A stretch of DNA of 64,000 bases from NCBI RefSeq assembly GCF_009914755.1, contig NC_060926.1, one strand, 5' to 3'. Position 1 is the stretch's first letter. Every line of letters begins with the position of its first letter. The notes below the pieces were generated by a model. That model ran no database searches and was not told where the DNA came from. It saw only the letters and a program-made list of their open reading frames with translations. Below, one piece after another: positions 30,379-45,221 of this stretch. The stretch comes from the human T2T-CHM13v2.0 reference genome, Homo sapiens. The position numbers and the translations under genes are program-made.

Positions 30379-32354
30379 AGAATCCTTATTTTATGGTACA
30401 CCACCCAGCAAGTGATTTAATCAGGCAGGGGAAAAAGGATCACGGTGGAGATTCAAGTTGGAAAGGTCCAGTGGATTAGGGCTAGGTCACTGAAGGCCTT
30501 GAATGCAAGCCTAAAACATTTAATCTCTGCAGTAGCATTGGGGAGTAAATGCAAGGTTTTGAGGGGTGTCTTGGTAATGTTACATCATTGGCAGTATAGG
30601 TAGAGTGGAGGGGGAGCGAGGCCCAGCTGGTAGAGCACAAGACATGGCTCTGGTGGGTGGGCAAAAAGAGTATTCAAGGGTGGGGCCCGGCTGTTGAGCC
30701 CAGCTGCCTGGGAATGGCAACATCCCAGAGAAGGGGACCGAACAAAGTTGTGTCAGAGCTTTTATTTAATCCTCATAATAGGTGCCTCCATTTTAGAGAT
30801 GAGGTGCTTGTGAGGCCCATGACGGGTGGTGGGTGGGGGGTAGGTACTCACATCTAGAGGACAGGAGAGAGAACCCAAGGGGCAGCTGCCAGGGCAGAGG
30901 AAGAACCAGGAGGCACAGTGTCCAAGAATCTAAGGGGGACGAGATCTCCAGGAAGCTGGCAGGTCGCTGGTGAGGCATCTACAGGGGCGTTGTTGGGAGG
31001 GGAGTAGGGGCAGGGCGTGGGTCAGGGCTTGTTAATGCCACGCGCCTGTGCTGTTTCCAGCACATGTGTGTCCTTGAGGCTCATCTCCCTAAGTGCCTCT
31101 AGGGACCTGGTTCGTCTGAGACTGTATCGTTCCCAAAATAAGTAAGTGTTTGCTGAAGCCTTGGGACCCAGCCTGGACCCAGTGCTGAGGGTATGACCTT
31201 GCTTAGGATTGTTTCCTGAGTGTGTTTCTTGGCCCTTCAAAGAGCCCCTCGAGGTGAGGGGCCTCTTATCTCTTCCATGTCCTCTAGATTGGCATGTTTA
31301 CCTACCACTCCCTCTGACTGGAAACCACACCCACTTCTGAGATTTTTATTTGACATTCAGATAAATGTACACACTCCGGAAGGCCAGGGCCTTGTCTTTA
31401 TTTCACCCAGCACTAACACTAAGTAAGTACCCTAAATCTTTTCTAAATACATATGGGCTAAGGACTCTTTTGGGCACCTCAATGTATTAACTCATTTACT
31501 TTTCAAAAACCTTTATGGTAAGTACAAATTTTATCCACAATTTTTAGATGAGGAATTTGAGGTTCAAATGTCAAACAAGTTGTCCAAAATCCTACAGCCA
31601 GTGGGAGGCCGAGTTAGGAATCAAGCTTGTGTAAGCCAAAGTTCAGGCATCGGTACTGCACGTGATGTGTTATATGTGTTCATGTATGTGTTAGCCTGTG
31701 CACTTGGCGCTGGAGCACACTGCAAATGCTCAACTAAAATTTTTTTGGAACGGAGTTGGGACTGATTGTTTGGACTGTATTATAGGCAGGTGAATTAAGT
31801 TTGTTGGGGAGAACTAATTATGGGGCAAGCTTTCAAAATTCTCATTGCTTTCCTGAAGCTGGAGGCTCCAAGACCTCCCATGCACCTTGAAGCTTGCACT
31901 GTTTGCAGCACATACTGGAATGTCTTACTCACTGAAACAAAGGAAGTGGCCCCTGGAATAATGGAGACCAGATTGCAGGAAACCCACACCTAATCCCTCC
32001 CTCCGCATTTGCAGGGGGTCCATAGGTTAGCTCCTCACCTCCATACTCTCTGGGACTCAGCCTTTGCTTTTGTAAAGTAAAGAGGTTGGACCTAGCAGTT
32101 CTAGTCTGTTCTGCACATCTACTAGAACTATTGTGCTAGTCTATTCACACAAACACTTCTGAGATCCTGTAATGGGAGATAAACCCTTGGTGTTCATTGG
32201 ATGGTGTCTTAGTTCATTTTTGTGTTGCTGTAAAGTGGGACATATGTATATATGACAACTCAGCAATTCCACTTCCAACTATATGCCCTGAACAGACTCC
32301 TGTATGAATCCAAGGAGACATGGCTGAATAATGTTCATTACAGTGTTGCTTAAT

Positions 32355-32505
32355 CGCACCTATAATCCCAGCTACTCAGGAGGCCGAGGCAGAGAGAATC
32401 AATCACCTGAACCTGGGAGATGGAGGTTGCAGTGAGCCGAAGTTGCGCCACTGCACTCCAGCCTGGGTGACAGCATGAGACTCTGTCTCAAAAAACAAAC
32501 AAAAA
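32355..32505 (+). mobile_element. Alu right arm
   Basis: cctataatcccagctactcaggagg...gagactctgtctcaaaa. Confidence 0.85.
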
Positions 32506-34248
32506 TAGATAAATTTAAAAAAAATAAAGTGGTCAGCATCAGGGCTCTCAAGTTTTGCTTTGTCAGTTGGGGGTATGAGTTATGGAATATGGCAGTGAAA
32601 ATAGGTGACTCCTAAGTTGATACAGACTATCAAAAATGAAAATTCTCTATTGTCAGCACCCCAGTGAAGTGCTGCGAGGAAAGGCCGAGGTGAAGTTGTG
32701 TTAGCGATTCCCCCCATGTGGTCGCACACAGCCTGGGTGCCTGCCGCTGCTGCTGGGGGTGAAGCTGCATCCCTCTCCCACAGAAGGCTCGAGGCCTTTT
32801 CTCCAGGGGCACCTGTTCAGTGCCACCTTTCTCAGAACATTCGTTTCTCAGCCCGTTCATGGCTAGTATTCTTTTCAAATCTGAGAAACCAAACCCCAGA
32901 TCTAGAGGGAGCCAATTTTTAAATCCATAGCTTTCTAACTTTTCTGGGCTATATCTTCACAGCAAGAAACACATGCATATAAATATTTATATGAAAGGAA
33001 ATAAATTTGGGGACCAGAATTTATTCTTAAACATGATGAAGTTGGGTTTGTCTTCTATTCTTTAAGAAAGTTGCTAGTCAGAACCTGCTAAATGTTTTTC
33101 ACTTTGCAGTTTGAAAGCCACTGCCTTAAATGATCCTTGGCCCAGTTTGATTCTAGATGAGCATTTCCTTTCTTGCTGGCACGAAATATGTAGTTTCAGG
33201 ACAGTGTGGGGTGAGAGGTGAGAATCAGAATTATAGGTTCAAATGGGTTTGAATTCAAGCTGTGTGCTTCAGAGCGATTTATGATGTGATCCTCTATTTC
33301 CTCATTTGTGAAAAGGGGAAACTTCAGGGGGATCGGTTTTCTGAGAATTAAGGGAGAATCAGATATGTGACTTTCTCACATGTGTTACAAACACTCCTGC
33401 AGCCACAAACCACCACTGCAAAAGGCACTCTCATTGCCAAATTTACTAAGAAAAGGTGTGTAAGACTCCCAGGTTTTAATTTTGGAAGATTGGCATCAAG
33501 GGAGCAGGTGTGAGGGTTCATCCCCATCACCAGGGGCCCTGCATTTTGGAGTGAAGACCAGGCCCCAGCTCTTATACCAGCTCCAATTATCTAATTGTAA
33601 TCAAAGTCCTATTAGAAAATGTGGAGAAACCAGAAAGTTTCAGGCCATTTATTTGTGGTGGAGGCCTCCCCATCACGGCTTATGGGCTCTTGTGTGAGAA
33701 GGCAGGGAATGTCAGTAGCCACTGAACCCCGTAGGGGTGAAATGTTCAAGGTAAATCGTGAAGTACCTGTGCTTCATAGGTTGTGTGGCCTACACAGTGT
33801 GAAGAAACACAGTTGGCATAATTAAAAGTGCAATAGACATAAACGGTCCAGGAATGTCTTACTCAATGACTGAATTTGGTGTCAGCCAGAATACATTAAA
33901 AATGGTCTCTATTTGTCGTTTTGCTTCTTTCCCAAACAGTTTTAAGAAGTTGAAAGAATTCTATAGTGGTCATCTATATTTTACTTGGTTTGCTTTATCA
34001 ACCCCCCAATCCTTCTATCCATCAGTCCAGCTTGTTATAATTGATGCATTACAAAACATAAATTGCTGAGAAAGTATAGTAAATACTAATACTGAACTCT
34101 AGTTACTATGTATGCTGAAGTTTTAGGGTTCAGACGTATACTTACATAGTAACTAGAGTTCAATATTTGCTGTATTTTCTTGTGATGTAAGATCTAGATG
34201 AAGTGAAATAAATCTTAAGAGTATTATCTGATAAAAAAATAAATAGAA

Positions 34249-34488
34249 GGCCGGGCATGGTGTCTCATGCCTGCAATCCCAGCACTTTGGGAGGCTGAGG
34301 CGGGCAGATCACAAGGTCAGGAGATCGAGATCATCCTGGCTAACACGGTGAAACCCTGTCTCTACTAAAAATACAAAAAATTAGCCAGGCGTGGTGGCAG
34401 GCGGCTGAAGCAGGAAGAATGGTGTGAACCCGGGAGGCAGAGCATTCCAGCCTGGGCCACAGAGCGAGACTCCATCTCAAAAAAAAAG
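34249..34488 (+). mobile_element. AluY-like with two right-arm deletions
   Basis: aagagtattatctgat duplicated at 34217-34232 and 34486-34501. Confidence 0.92.
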
Positions 34489-34539
34489 AGTATTATCTGA
34501 TGAATTGACAAATACACCTGTTTAATACAACCTCCATCA

Positions 34540-35190
34540 GAAAAGGGAATGCTTATACACTGTTGGTGGGAATGTAAATAAGTACATCCTCTATGGAAAA
34601 CAGTATGGAGATTTCTCAAAGAACTAAAAATAGAACTGCCATTCCATCCAGCAATCTCACTATTGAGTATCTACCCAAAGGAAAAGAAATCATACCAAAA
34701 AGATGCCTGCACTTGTATGTTTATCACAGCACCATTCACAATAGCAAAGATGTGGAGTCGATGCCCATCAATGGACAGATGATTGGATAAAGAAACTGTG
34801 GTATATATACATAATAGAATACTGTTCAGTCTTAAAATAGAATGAAATAATGTATTTTGCAGCATCATGGATGGAACTGGAGGCTGTTATTTTAAGTGAA
34901 ACAGCTCCAAAACAGACAAATACCGCACGTTTTCACTTATAAGTGGGAGCTAAACAGTGTGTCCACATGGACATAGAAAGTGGAATGATAGACCATGGAG
35001 ACTTGGAAGGGTGAGGGTAGGAGGGTGGGGGGCATGAGGGTAGGAGGGTGGGGGGTGGTGTGGATGATGAGAAATTACTTAACGGATGTAGTGGGTGTTG
35101 GATACACTAAAAGCCCTCACTTCACCATTGTGCAGTATATCCATGTAACAAAATTATGTTTGCACCTCATAAATTTAAACAACTAAAAAA
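34540..35190 (+). mobile_element. 5'-truncated L1 3' end (L1MA-like) with TSD; older reverse-strand L1M relic continues to ~35750
   Basis: ORF2 C-terminal/3'UTR blocks (atggaaaacagtatggag, atggatggaactggagg); TSD aacctccatca at 34529-34539 and 35191-35201. Confidence 0.9.
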
Positions 35191-35989
35191 AACCTCCATC
35201 AAGATACAGAACATTACCATCACCCCAGAAAGTTACCTTGAGCCCCTTCCCAGTCAATCCCTGTACCTGATCCCCCCAGAGGCAATCACATTCTACTATT
35301 TTCCACATATGTGAGTTTTGCCTGTTCCAGAACTTCACATATAAATCGACTCACACAGTATTTGTTTTTTATGCAAGTCTTTTTTTATTTGTCATAATGT
35401 GGGATTTATCTGTGTTGTGTCTATCAGTGTCTCGTTCCTTTTGGCTGCTGATTCCATGGTATGATTAGAATCTGATATGAATATTGATGGACACCCGGGC
35501 AGTTTCCAGTTTTTGGCTATTTGAGTAAAGCTGCTATGAACATTATTGCACAAGCCCTTTTGTGGACACGTTTTTAGTTCCTTGTATAAACAACTAGGAG
35601 TGGAATTACTGGGTCATTCATAGAATTTGGTATATGTTTAATTTTTAGAAACTGCCAGACATTTCCCCCAAATTGTTGAACCATTTATACTCCCACTAAT
35701 AATGTATGAGAGCTCTGCCTGCTCCATATCCTCAATAGCATTTGTTGTCTGTATGTCCTTGTTTCTTTTTTTCAGTGGAGAGTTAATTAAAGAAAGCATT
35801 CATTTGCGTTTGCTAGGAAACACACCATCTTGACCTCTCTGTAGGCAGCCCTAATCTGTGCCACAACCCTGCGTGTGACTGTGGTACCAGCCCTAACGCA
35901 GTTCTGTCAGGGGCCCCACCACACACATAGGGGCCACACATAGGGGCCTGGCTTTCAGAGGACAGTTCCATTTTAAAAGGGAATGCAGG

Positions 35990-36298
<309 letters not shown>

Positions 36299-36919
36299 TT
36301 AATGAGCACCCATGGTGTCTGTACTAGGCCATTTACATAAATCTGTTTTACTCTCCACAAAAACTTTACAAGAGAGTCATTCTCACTTTAAAAATGAGGC
36401 AACCAAGGCTAAAAAAGGATTGATGGCTGCCAAGGTCACCTGTGGGCAGATGGTGACAGTTGGGATGTAAGCATAGATAGTCCTGACTCCACGGCCATAA
36501 GATTCACAGTTTACATTGGCTTGTACTGCTGAACCAAAGTTTCTAGGGAAAATCAGATGATTATCTTTTTAAATGGATCCTAAATACGAGTTGGCTTTGT
36601 ATCATTCCAATAAGAAGCTCAAGTACAACCCAACTGAAAATGTGCCAGCCGCATGTTCTAACTTAGAAATGAAGTAACTGTGGTGCCTTTATCACCCTTG
36701 TCTTGGCAAGATCGTTTGGTTATAACTATGCCTTATGAGACAGAGTGAGGGTAAGGCAGTGTCAGATCGATCATTTGACTCTTCTTCACCTCGGAATTGT
36801 GAATTATGTTCACAGGTAAGTATACCTCCATCCTCTAGCCAGACTTAAACCCTCTAGAGAGCAGGGAACCATGATGCTGATGGTGACGGTGATGATGATG
36901 ATGATAAAAATTGTAGACA

Positions 36920-37130
36920 TCGTTAGTGCCAGGTACTGTGCTGAACGCTGTGTTTGAGCTATCTCATCATTTCTTACAGTCATCCAGTGGTAGGTACGCT
37001 GAACTTCACTTTACAGAAAAAGGCAATAGATTTGGAGCAATTAGGCAACTTGCCCAAAGTCACAGTGAGCAAGTGGCAGCATTGGGATTGGAACTTGGCC
37101 AGCCAAATTGCTAATGCCTGGGCTTTTAAG
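36920..37130 (-). mobile_element. MIR
   Basis: gtgccaggtactgtgct...cactttacag...aacttgcccaaagtcacag. Confidence 0.75.
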
Positions 37131-38829
37131 CACACCACCAGTGGCACATTGGTGCTGTGCTGCTAGCACAGTGTGTGGATTCTTCTCTTACTAACCTAGG
37201 CCTAGCTGTTCAGCTCATTCAACAGTCCTCTCCGAGGCTTGGTCCTCTGTGCAGCAGCAGTGTGCTAAGCTGCCTCGTGCCCTTTGAAGAGTGAAAGTTG
37301 TGCTGGGGAGATAAGGCCCATGTAGACAAAACAATTAGAGATATCGGGCCATATAATGCAAGCACATGATGTGATAAAGGGAGACCGGGCTGGTGATACG
37401 TTGCATGGAAGCTGGTTAAACCTGAAGGAAGCCCTTATCTTGGTTGCTCTGCATTATATTAACAACTGTACAGCGGAGACATACATCCAGAGCTAGCACA
37501 CAGCAAGTTAATTGGGGTACTTACGTAGTCCAGGCGATATAAATTGAAGATTGTACTGATAGATAGCCTCAGTACAGCAGATGGCACTTACATTGTCAGG
37601 CATTGTGCCAAACGCCTTACACTTCCTTGCACTGAATCTTGACAAGGTGCGTGTGTGTATGTGTGCGTGTATATGTGTGTGTTTTCCTGTGTTCTTGTTC
37701 TGGGTTGTGGAGGGAGGTGCTGACTAGAAGGAGGTTATCGTTACCCTTTTAAAACAGATGATGAAATCTGAGTGTCAGATTTCTAATAAATTGCCCAAAG
37801 CCACATGGCTAATGCATGTTAGAGTGGGATTTGAACCCAGGTCTGCCTGCCTAAAAAGCTGAACATGCTCAGAGCTTACACAATATTGAAACATAATCAT
37901 GTTTTAACCCTTTGAAGAGTGGTTTCACATCTGTGGGGCTAATTACACCTCTCTGTGACTGGCACGTATTTTGAGCTTAAGAAACACTTCCTGGGTAAAA
38001 AGAGCACCAGAGTGGTGCATTCCAAGAGGTGTCCTAGGAGCTTTAGGGTGCCAGTCATGTGTTTTACGTGTTCCACACCCCTCCCTTCAGTTGGAGCAGC
38101 TCTGTTTTTCTCTATTTTACGTTGTGGCATTTGGCCCACCAATTTTATTTGGAAATAAGCATTCTGTTGCTTAAAATGGTTTGAAAACAAATGATGTAGA
38201 AGATCAGATCACTCCATTCCTAGTCTGTACCAGACACCAGCGTTAACTGTGATTCAGTGCCTTTAATGACACGGAGTATTGAATACTTCTGTATGGCTGA
38301 GCTCTTGAATGGTGGCCGGCATTGCATTGTAATGGAGTAATTGGAATCCTGGGGTTTAAAAAGAGGCTGCCAGGTGTGGTAGTGATCATGGCGATTCCGG
38401 GTACATGGAAAATACGTGCCTTGAGACCTGTGTCTTGCTACATTACCTGCTTAGGACTTGGAGATGTATCTTTTCGGTCCTCGTTTCATTTGGAGTATAT
38501 GCCATACATTCTCAGAGCAGTCCACTGTTGTGTGCTAGCAGGTGCTTGAAAACTAAAGGAAAAAAACAAGATCCCCTCAACCCAGAGTCACCCCATAGAG
38601 GATGATTGGAATGTTCAGTGCAGTTACCTGGGGCCACTGGAAATGATATTGTAGGGCAGAAAGGGCAGGTCCCTTTAGGGGCATTAAGTTATAAATATAG
38701 GGCTGGTTCAGGAACTGAATGTGAAAGTATGCGTTTGTGACTTTGACCCACCTCCAAGTTTACGGCTGCATGCCTCAGGCATTGAGTGACAAGGAAGAGC
38801 CAGAGGCTCTAAGGTTGGATCAAATACAG

Positions 38830-38934
38830 TCCAGTGTTCTGATTTGCCTGAGCCTCTCCCAGTTTTGGCATTGAAAGTCCCATGTCATAGGAAACCCCTC
38901 CATCCTGGGCAAACTGGGATGGTTGGCCACCCTA
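38830..38934. mobile_element. hAT-Blackjack MITE (MER81-like)
   Basis: gaaagtccc...cctgggcaaactgggatggttggccaccct terminus. Confidence 0.6.
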
Positions 38935-39344
38935 CATGGCCCTGGAGCTCATGCCCTCACTGCTGCTCAGCTCAACTGTGGCAGCAGCCCTTGAGCTGCT
39001 TCCTTGTGCTATCCCAGCCCTCCACAGTGCCACTAGAGCCACTAGAGCCCTTTTGGAAACAGATCTGACCTTCTTAAGAACGAAAGAAAGTCCTTGGCAA
39101 TGGTATTTGCTGTGCGTTTATAGCCATGTCACGTGAGCCCTATGTTGTAGCTACTCTGGACATGCCATTTTTTGGCACCCACAAATTAATGCCAACTTAT
39201 AGTTATACCAAACCTCTGTCCTGCCTTACTGGACACCAGAGCATGCCACAAACCTCCATGGCCTTGACAGGGAGAAAGGGAACAAGTACCTTGATAGGAT
39301 CTATTAACGGAGGAATAATTTACTGTGTTTCTTCTTTGTTGTTG

Positions 39345-39650
39345 TTGTCATTTGTTTGTTTTTTTTTTGAGACAGAGTCTGGCTCTATTGCCCAGGCTGG
39401 GGTACAGTGGCGAGATCTCAGTTCACTGCAACCTCCACTTCCTGGGTTCTAGTGATTCTCTTGCCTCAGCCTCCCAAGTAACTGGGATTACAGGGCTACG
39501 CCACCATGCCCGGCAAATTTTTGTATTATTAGTAGAGACAGGGTTTCACCATGTTGACCAGGCTGGTCTCAAACTCCAGACCTCAAGTAATCTGCCCGCC
39601 TTGGCCTCCCAAAGTGCTGGGAATACAAGCATGAGCCACCACACCCAGCC
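39345..39650 (-). mobile_element. AluS
   Basis: Reverse dimer; tgtgtttct on both flanks. Confidence 0.94.
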
Positions 39651-42004
39651 TGTGTGTTTCTATATGTTCACATACAACATAGTCCATGTTTCACGTAAGC
39701 ATCACAACCGCTGGGAGATGTCAGCATTATGAATCCTGTTCTACAGGTGAGGTGACATGCTCAGAGAGCCCTGTGATGTGCCCACACCACACAGGTAGTG
39801 AAGCTGCTGAGCTGGAATTCAAAATGAGGCCTGCCTACCTGTCTAAGGTCCAGTGCCTAACCACTGCTCTGGCATGGGCACGTAACCATGCGTGGGCGTT
39901 ACGAGAGGGCCCGTCTCAGGATTGCCGAGTCACAGTGCTAGGCCTGCCTCAGATTCCGGACTTGGAAGGAATGCAGTCATTGGCTATGGTGGTTGTGGCT
40001 TCCTATGTGTGTGGAGGAGGGCTGCAGGGAGGAGGGGTGTCAGGGAATGTGTGTTCCAGAGGAGTCCTGTAAGCAAAGCAAGAGAGGACCTCCTTCCTGG
40101 GAACAGGTTCATCAGCAATACTTTATTATTTGTGTTTTCCCTTCAGTCCATCAGAAAATCCTGCACACCACCCGTTCTTGGTGGAGCTGTGGCCTCTGAG
40201 TCCAGCTGGGCTGGCCTCGGATGATGACCCACCAGGGGCAGCCTCGCCACCTCGGTCCCCTGTGGTCACTGATTCAGCGGATCGCGTGTATCCTGGACTT
40301 GAGAGTGCTGATGAGGCATTTCATCTTTGATATCCCTTTCATCCCTCATGACAGCCACCACGTTGTGTTTCCTAGAATTTGGCTGAGTTCCCACTACCAG
40401 GGAAGGCTCAGAGCTGGAGTGTCTGGAAAAGCCACCCATGGCCATGAGGCAGGCAGGCTAACCCCAGATGAGGGCGATGTTGCTGTAGCTAGCCCGCAGC
40501 TGTAGCTAGTGGTGGGGCCACCTCTAGTCACTGGGCAGGAAATGGAAAATTAGTGCCCCTAAGGAGGAATGCTGCCGTCACTGGAGCCAATTCCAGTGAC
40601 TTTTCTTGGACAGGTTTCTGCAATCCCTTCTGCTTTCGTTGGCCTGGAAGAGTCAAGTGAGGCTGTGGGACAGGGTCTGCCTAGAGCCCGGAGAGAGAGT
40701 ACCTAGTACTTACTGAGTGTGTCCTGAGTTCTTGGTCCTGCACCACACTTGTGTGTCTAATTTTTCCCCTCACAGCAACCCAATGAGATGCAATGTTCCC
40801 ATTTTAGAGATGAAGCAGCTGAGGCTCAGAGGCTCAGGAACTTGCCTCTGCTAAATAGTGGCCGGGGTTCTGGAGCAGGTGATGTGGGCTCCAGAGCCAG
40901 TCTCCGTGTGTCACATCGCCTGACACACTTCTGGTTGTGTGGTCTCTGGTGGATGATGTCTACCGTTTTCCCTCTTGGGACCCTAGGGACTGTGGGTGGT
41001 GTTCTCAGGGAGCTGGTCAGATGTGACTTTTCTCAGGGCCTAAGTGCTGGAGGTGCTGAGTGCACCTGGGTGTAAAACAAACATTCTTGGGTTATTGAGT
41101 CAGAGCATCTCCCTGACCTCTGACCCATTCCGCTTCACTTCAGTGCTGTTCTCCCACCAGGAAAGGGGTTGAGTGTTGACAAACATGCCAATAAGTGAAC
41201 CCCCCAGGAAATTGCCTTGTATCCTTGTATCCTTTGAGAAGGTTGTGGCAGGGCAGCAGAAGACTGGCGGTGCTGCTCGCAGTTGGGGCAGTCACCTGCG
41301 GATGCGCCTTGCCTGCTCCGCCAGCCCCTGCCCTGCTGCAGGTTCCGCGCCTCTTCAGCACTTTCATTCTGTGCCACACAATGGGGCCCTTCCCCATAGT
41401 CGGTGGTATTATCACCCAGGATCTGGATGTTTCCTGTCTACACTGCTGTTTCCTGGAGGGTAGGAACTGCACCTTCCCAGTGACACATGACAGTCTTCAC
41501 CCATCTGTGTCTGTGGCTCCTTTCTGGAGTCTCACTCATCCTCTTTCCTGCTCCCCCACAGCTTTTCTGTTGCTTCAGTGGCCTGACTCTTGTCGTACAT
41601 ACATGCTCTGGGGTCAGCATTCTCTTGCATTCTGATAAGCCTGAGATCCTTTGAGGGGGCACCTGCTTGCCTTATTCACCAGGCCTCAATGTGTTGGTCC
41701 TCATTCCACTCCATCACATGACCCCTCTGGTCTTGCTGCAGGACATGGCCCTCATAATATGCAAACATTAGAAAGTAAATTTAGTACTGCAATTGCAATA
41801 TGCAAACATAATATGCAAACATTAGAAAGTAAATTTAATACCGTGCTTGCAATTTGGTGTTCTGGGGGTATGAGGAACAGGATGGAGGCATGCACCCCTG
41901 GCATGGGGCTTGCTGAAAGCACTGAGGAGGTAGTCGGCTCTCAGGAGGGGGTGAGCACATCGTTGGATGCGAAACTGTCTTATATTGTTGATTGAATTAT
42001 AAAA

Positions 42005-42253
42005 GTAATGTATATGCGACAGAATACTACTTAGCCATAAAAAGGAACAAATTAATGGCATTCGTAGCAACCTGGATGGGATTGGAGACCATTATTCTAA
42101 GTGAAGTAACTCTGGAATGGAAAACCAAACATCATATGTTCTCACTCATAATTGGGAACTAAGCTATGAGGATGCAAAAGCATAAGAATAATACAATTGA
42201 CTTTGGAGACTCAGAGGAAAGGATGGGAAGGGAGTGAGGGATTAAAAAAAAAA
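42005..42253 (+). mobile_element. L1 (L1PB-like) 3' fragment
   Basis: gaatactact.agccataaaaaggaac...atgttctcactcata...gactttgg. Confidence 0.85.
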
Positions 42254-42479
42254 CAGCCCTGTGAGTTTCCAGTTTTAATAAAGCTCTGAGAATTAAAAAA
42301 ATAATAATGTAAAGGTGTATAGCATGAAATTAGACTATATGTAATGTCTGTAGAGGAGTGAATCCCACTGGCCGCCCCTTACCCACAGATATTCCTGGAG
42401 GGACTTGGAGTTTTAAGTCTCGGTTGGTTCCTGGAAGAATTTTGCCCAAAATTAATAGTGGCCCTTCCTTTCTCTGCAG

Positions 42480-42628
42480 AACACGGAGAGTTCCTGGCTC
42501 TGGATCTTGGAGGGACCAACTTCCGTGTGCTTTGGGTGAAAGTAACGGACAATGGGCTCCAGAAGGTGGAGATGGAGAATCAGATCTATGCCATCCCTGA
42601 GGACATCATGCGAGGCAGTGGCACCCAG
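42480..42628 (+). CDS. HK2: HK2 exon 3 ([18 protein letters not shown]...GSGTQ; phosphate-1 motif)
   Basis: ctgcag acceptor, 149 nt, CAG|gtatga donor; DLGGTNFRV hexokinase motif. Confidence 0.99.
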
Positions 42629-44689
42629 GTATGACCCTTCTCTCAGGGCAGCCCCTGGTGACAAAAAACTTCCTTGGCATGTTCTTTCTGTACTTTCTCC
42701 AGCCGCTCCCAGCGTGTGGATAGGCAGTCACCCAAGACACTCATGGATGCCAGCACAGCTGTAAGGGCTCCCTCTCAGCCGGAGCTCAGGCTGTTCTGGT
42801 TGTATTTTATACCCAACATGTATACTCAGTATTAAAAGGAGTGACTAGAGAAGAAGCATGAAATCCAAGTAAGACGCTGTTCAGTGTTGTCACATCTCGG
42901 GCCTCAGGGCTTGGAAGAGGTCAAGCCCTCTGATTCGTGGTCGGCTGTTCCCTCTCCCACACAAGGCTCCCTCCTGGGAAAGGAATTTCTGACCATGAGT
43001 AGAACACGCTGGGGAGATATTTTTAGACTCATTATTTGTCTTTGGGGTGGCCTTGAGGTAAACCTGCTTTCCTTGTTATCATGCTGGGGTTGGAGAAGGG
43101 AGGCTGCATCCCTAGGGCTGTGGGCATTTGAGCTTTACCGAAGTTGTCACGTGGCTCCAGTATAACGTCAGGAGGGACACAGAGGGTAGCGGCCCTTCCA
43201 CTGCCACTCCTATGCCTGCACCAAGCTGAGGTATTAAAGAGATTGGGTCCTGTATTCAGGCACTCTAGCTGTGTGATTCTGGGCAAGTGATAGACCTCAG
43301 TTTATTCATCTGTAAAAAGGGATGATAGTGTACGGATTGTGGTGTAGATTAGAGGAGATGATACCTGTTAAGTATTTGGCATAGTGCTGGTGCATAATCT
43401 AGTACTCTTCGTGTTTTTTTCACAGGGGTTTTTGTCTGTTTATCTAATTGCTTCTTGTGCTGTCACTTTCTGTGGCTAGTAATTGCATTGTTCCCTGTTG
43501 TGGGGGATGTGGTTGCCTTTTCTTCCCGTTGCCTCGATCTCCTGCCTTGGGCCACATCCCCCAGATGATAAATGTTTAAGAACCAAGTAAACTAGATAAG
43601 ACAAAACAAAACAAACAAAATAACATCTAAAGTTTGGCTGTGATTATGTAAAAGACTTGTAACGTGATGGTGACTTGTTAGGTGGATTTTTAAGTTTTAC
43701 AAGAACAACACCCTCCCTGTTGCTTGTATCCTGACAACATGCAGGGGCCAGGCACCTTGCAGTCCCTGCAGCGTCATCCCTAGAGCCTGGCAAGGACAAT
43801 GAAGTGCGTCTCTGCCAATTGAGAAAAAAAATCCATTTTAAACATTCAAGATGTGAGTGAAGTTCTTCTTGAAAAAAGCTTAAAATTGCTCAGACCACCT
43901 AGTTAGAGGGTATCAAGAAAACCTACTCTCCATGCAATATATAAGAAAAACAGTATAGTCCGGATTAAAAAAAAAAACAACTATGAGACCCACCTTGAAG
44001 AGCATTAAAACTGTTGAGATATTAGAAAGATTTTAAGTAAGTGAAAAATGCTATTTAAAAATGAAAAGGAAAGAAAGCTAGAAGAAAATATAGGTATCTT
44101 TGATCCTAAGGAATAGGAAGACTGCTGTGTACCTAAAAGCAGCAGAAAACACTTGGAAAAAAGGCTGAAAGGAAGTTCATTGTGGCTATTTTAGTGGTGG
44201 AATTACTGGTGCTATTTTTCCCATATTTTCCCCCTTTTTTGGTACTTGGTATCAGTATTTTACTTAAAGGAAAACAAATGGATTGTAAATATACACTTTG
44301 GTTAAGAACAAATCTTGGAATCCCAAACTTGCAAAGGTTTTTGAAGAATTGTGAACCTGGGCAATGGGGGTCCTTCGGTAAAGTCTGTCTTCCGGCACAT
44401 TAACTTCTCCTGAAGAGCAGTGGATTGCAAACCTGAATGGCAGCCACTTTAAGATTTTAAACGTATATCTCGTGGAAAGGGAAGTGAGCAGATTTTCAGA
44501 CCAGTAAGGAAAAGGAAACCATTTTAACTTCATAAAATGATGCCCTTTGAGCCTTTTTATGACAGGAACGTGTTAGCTCTTTCTCTGCATCTTACCCATA
44601 GATCCTCCTCAAAGAGAACGAGATTGTCTTCCAATTCAAGGAAGCAGAAGGTCTCCTCTTCCCACTTGAGAAAAGATGTAGGTTCTTTG

Positions 44690-45221
<532 letters not shown>

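Noticed and set aside
34593-34868. ORFs resembling L1 ORF2 C-terminus
   Set aside because: Fragments of a dead, 5'-truncated L1
41753-41853. Direct repeats (also 16110-16197) as a CRISPR-like array
   Set aside because: Only two copies, no unique spacers, eukaryotic context; simple tandem duplications
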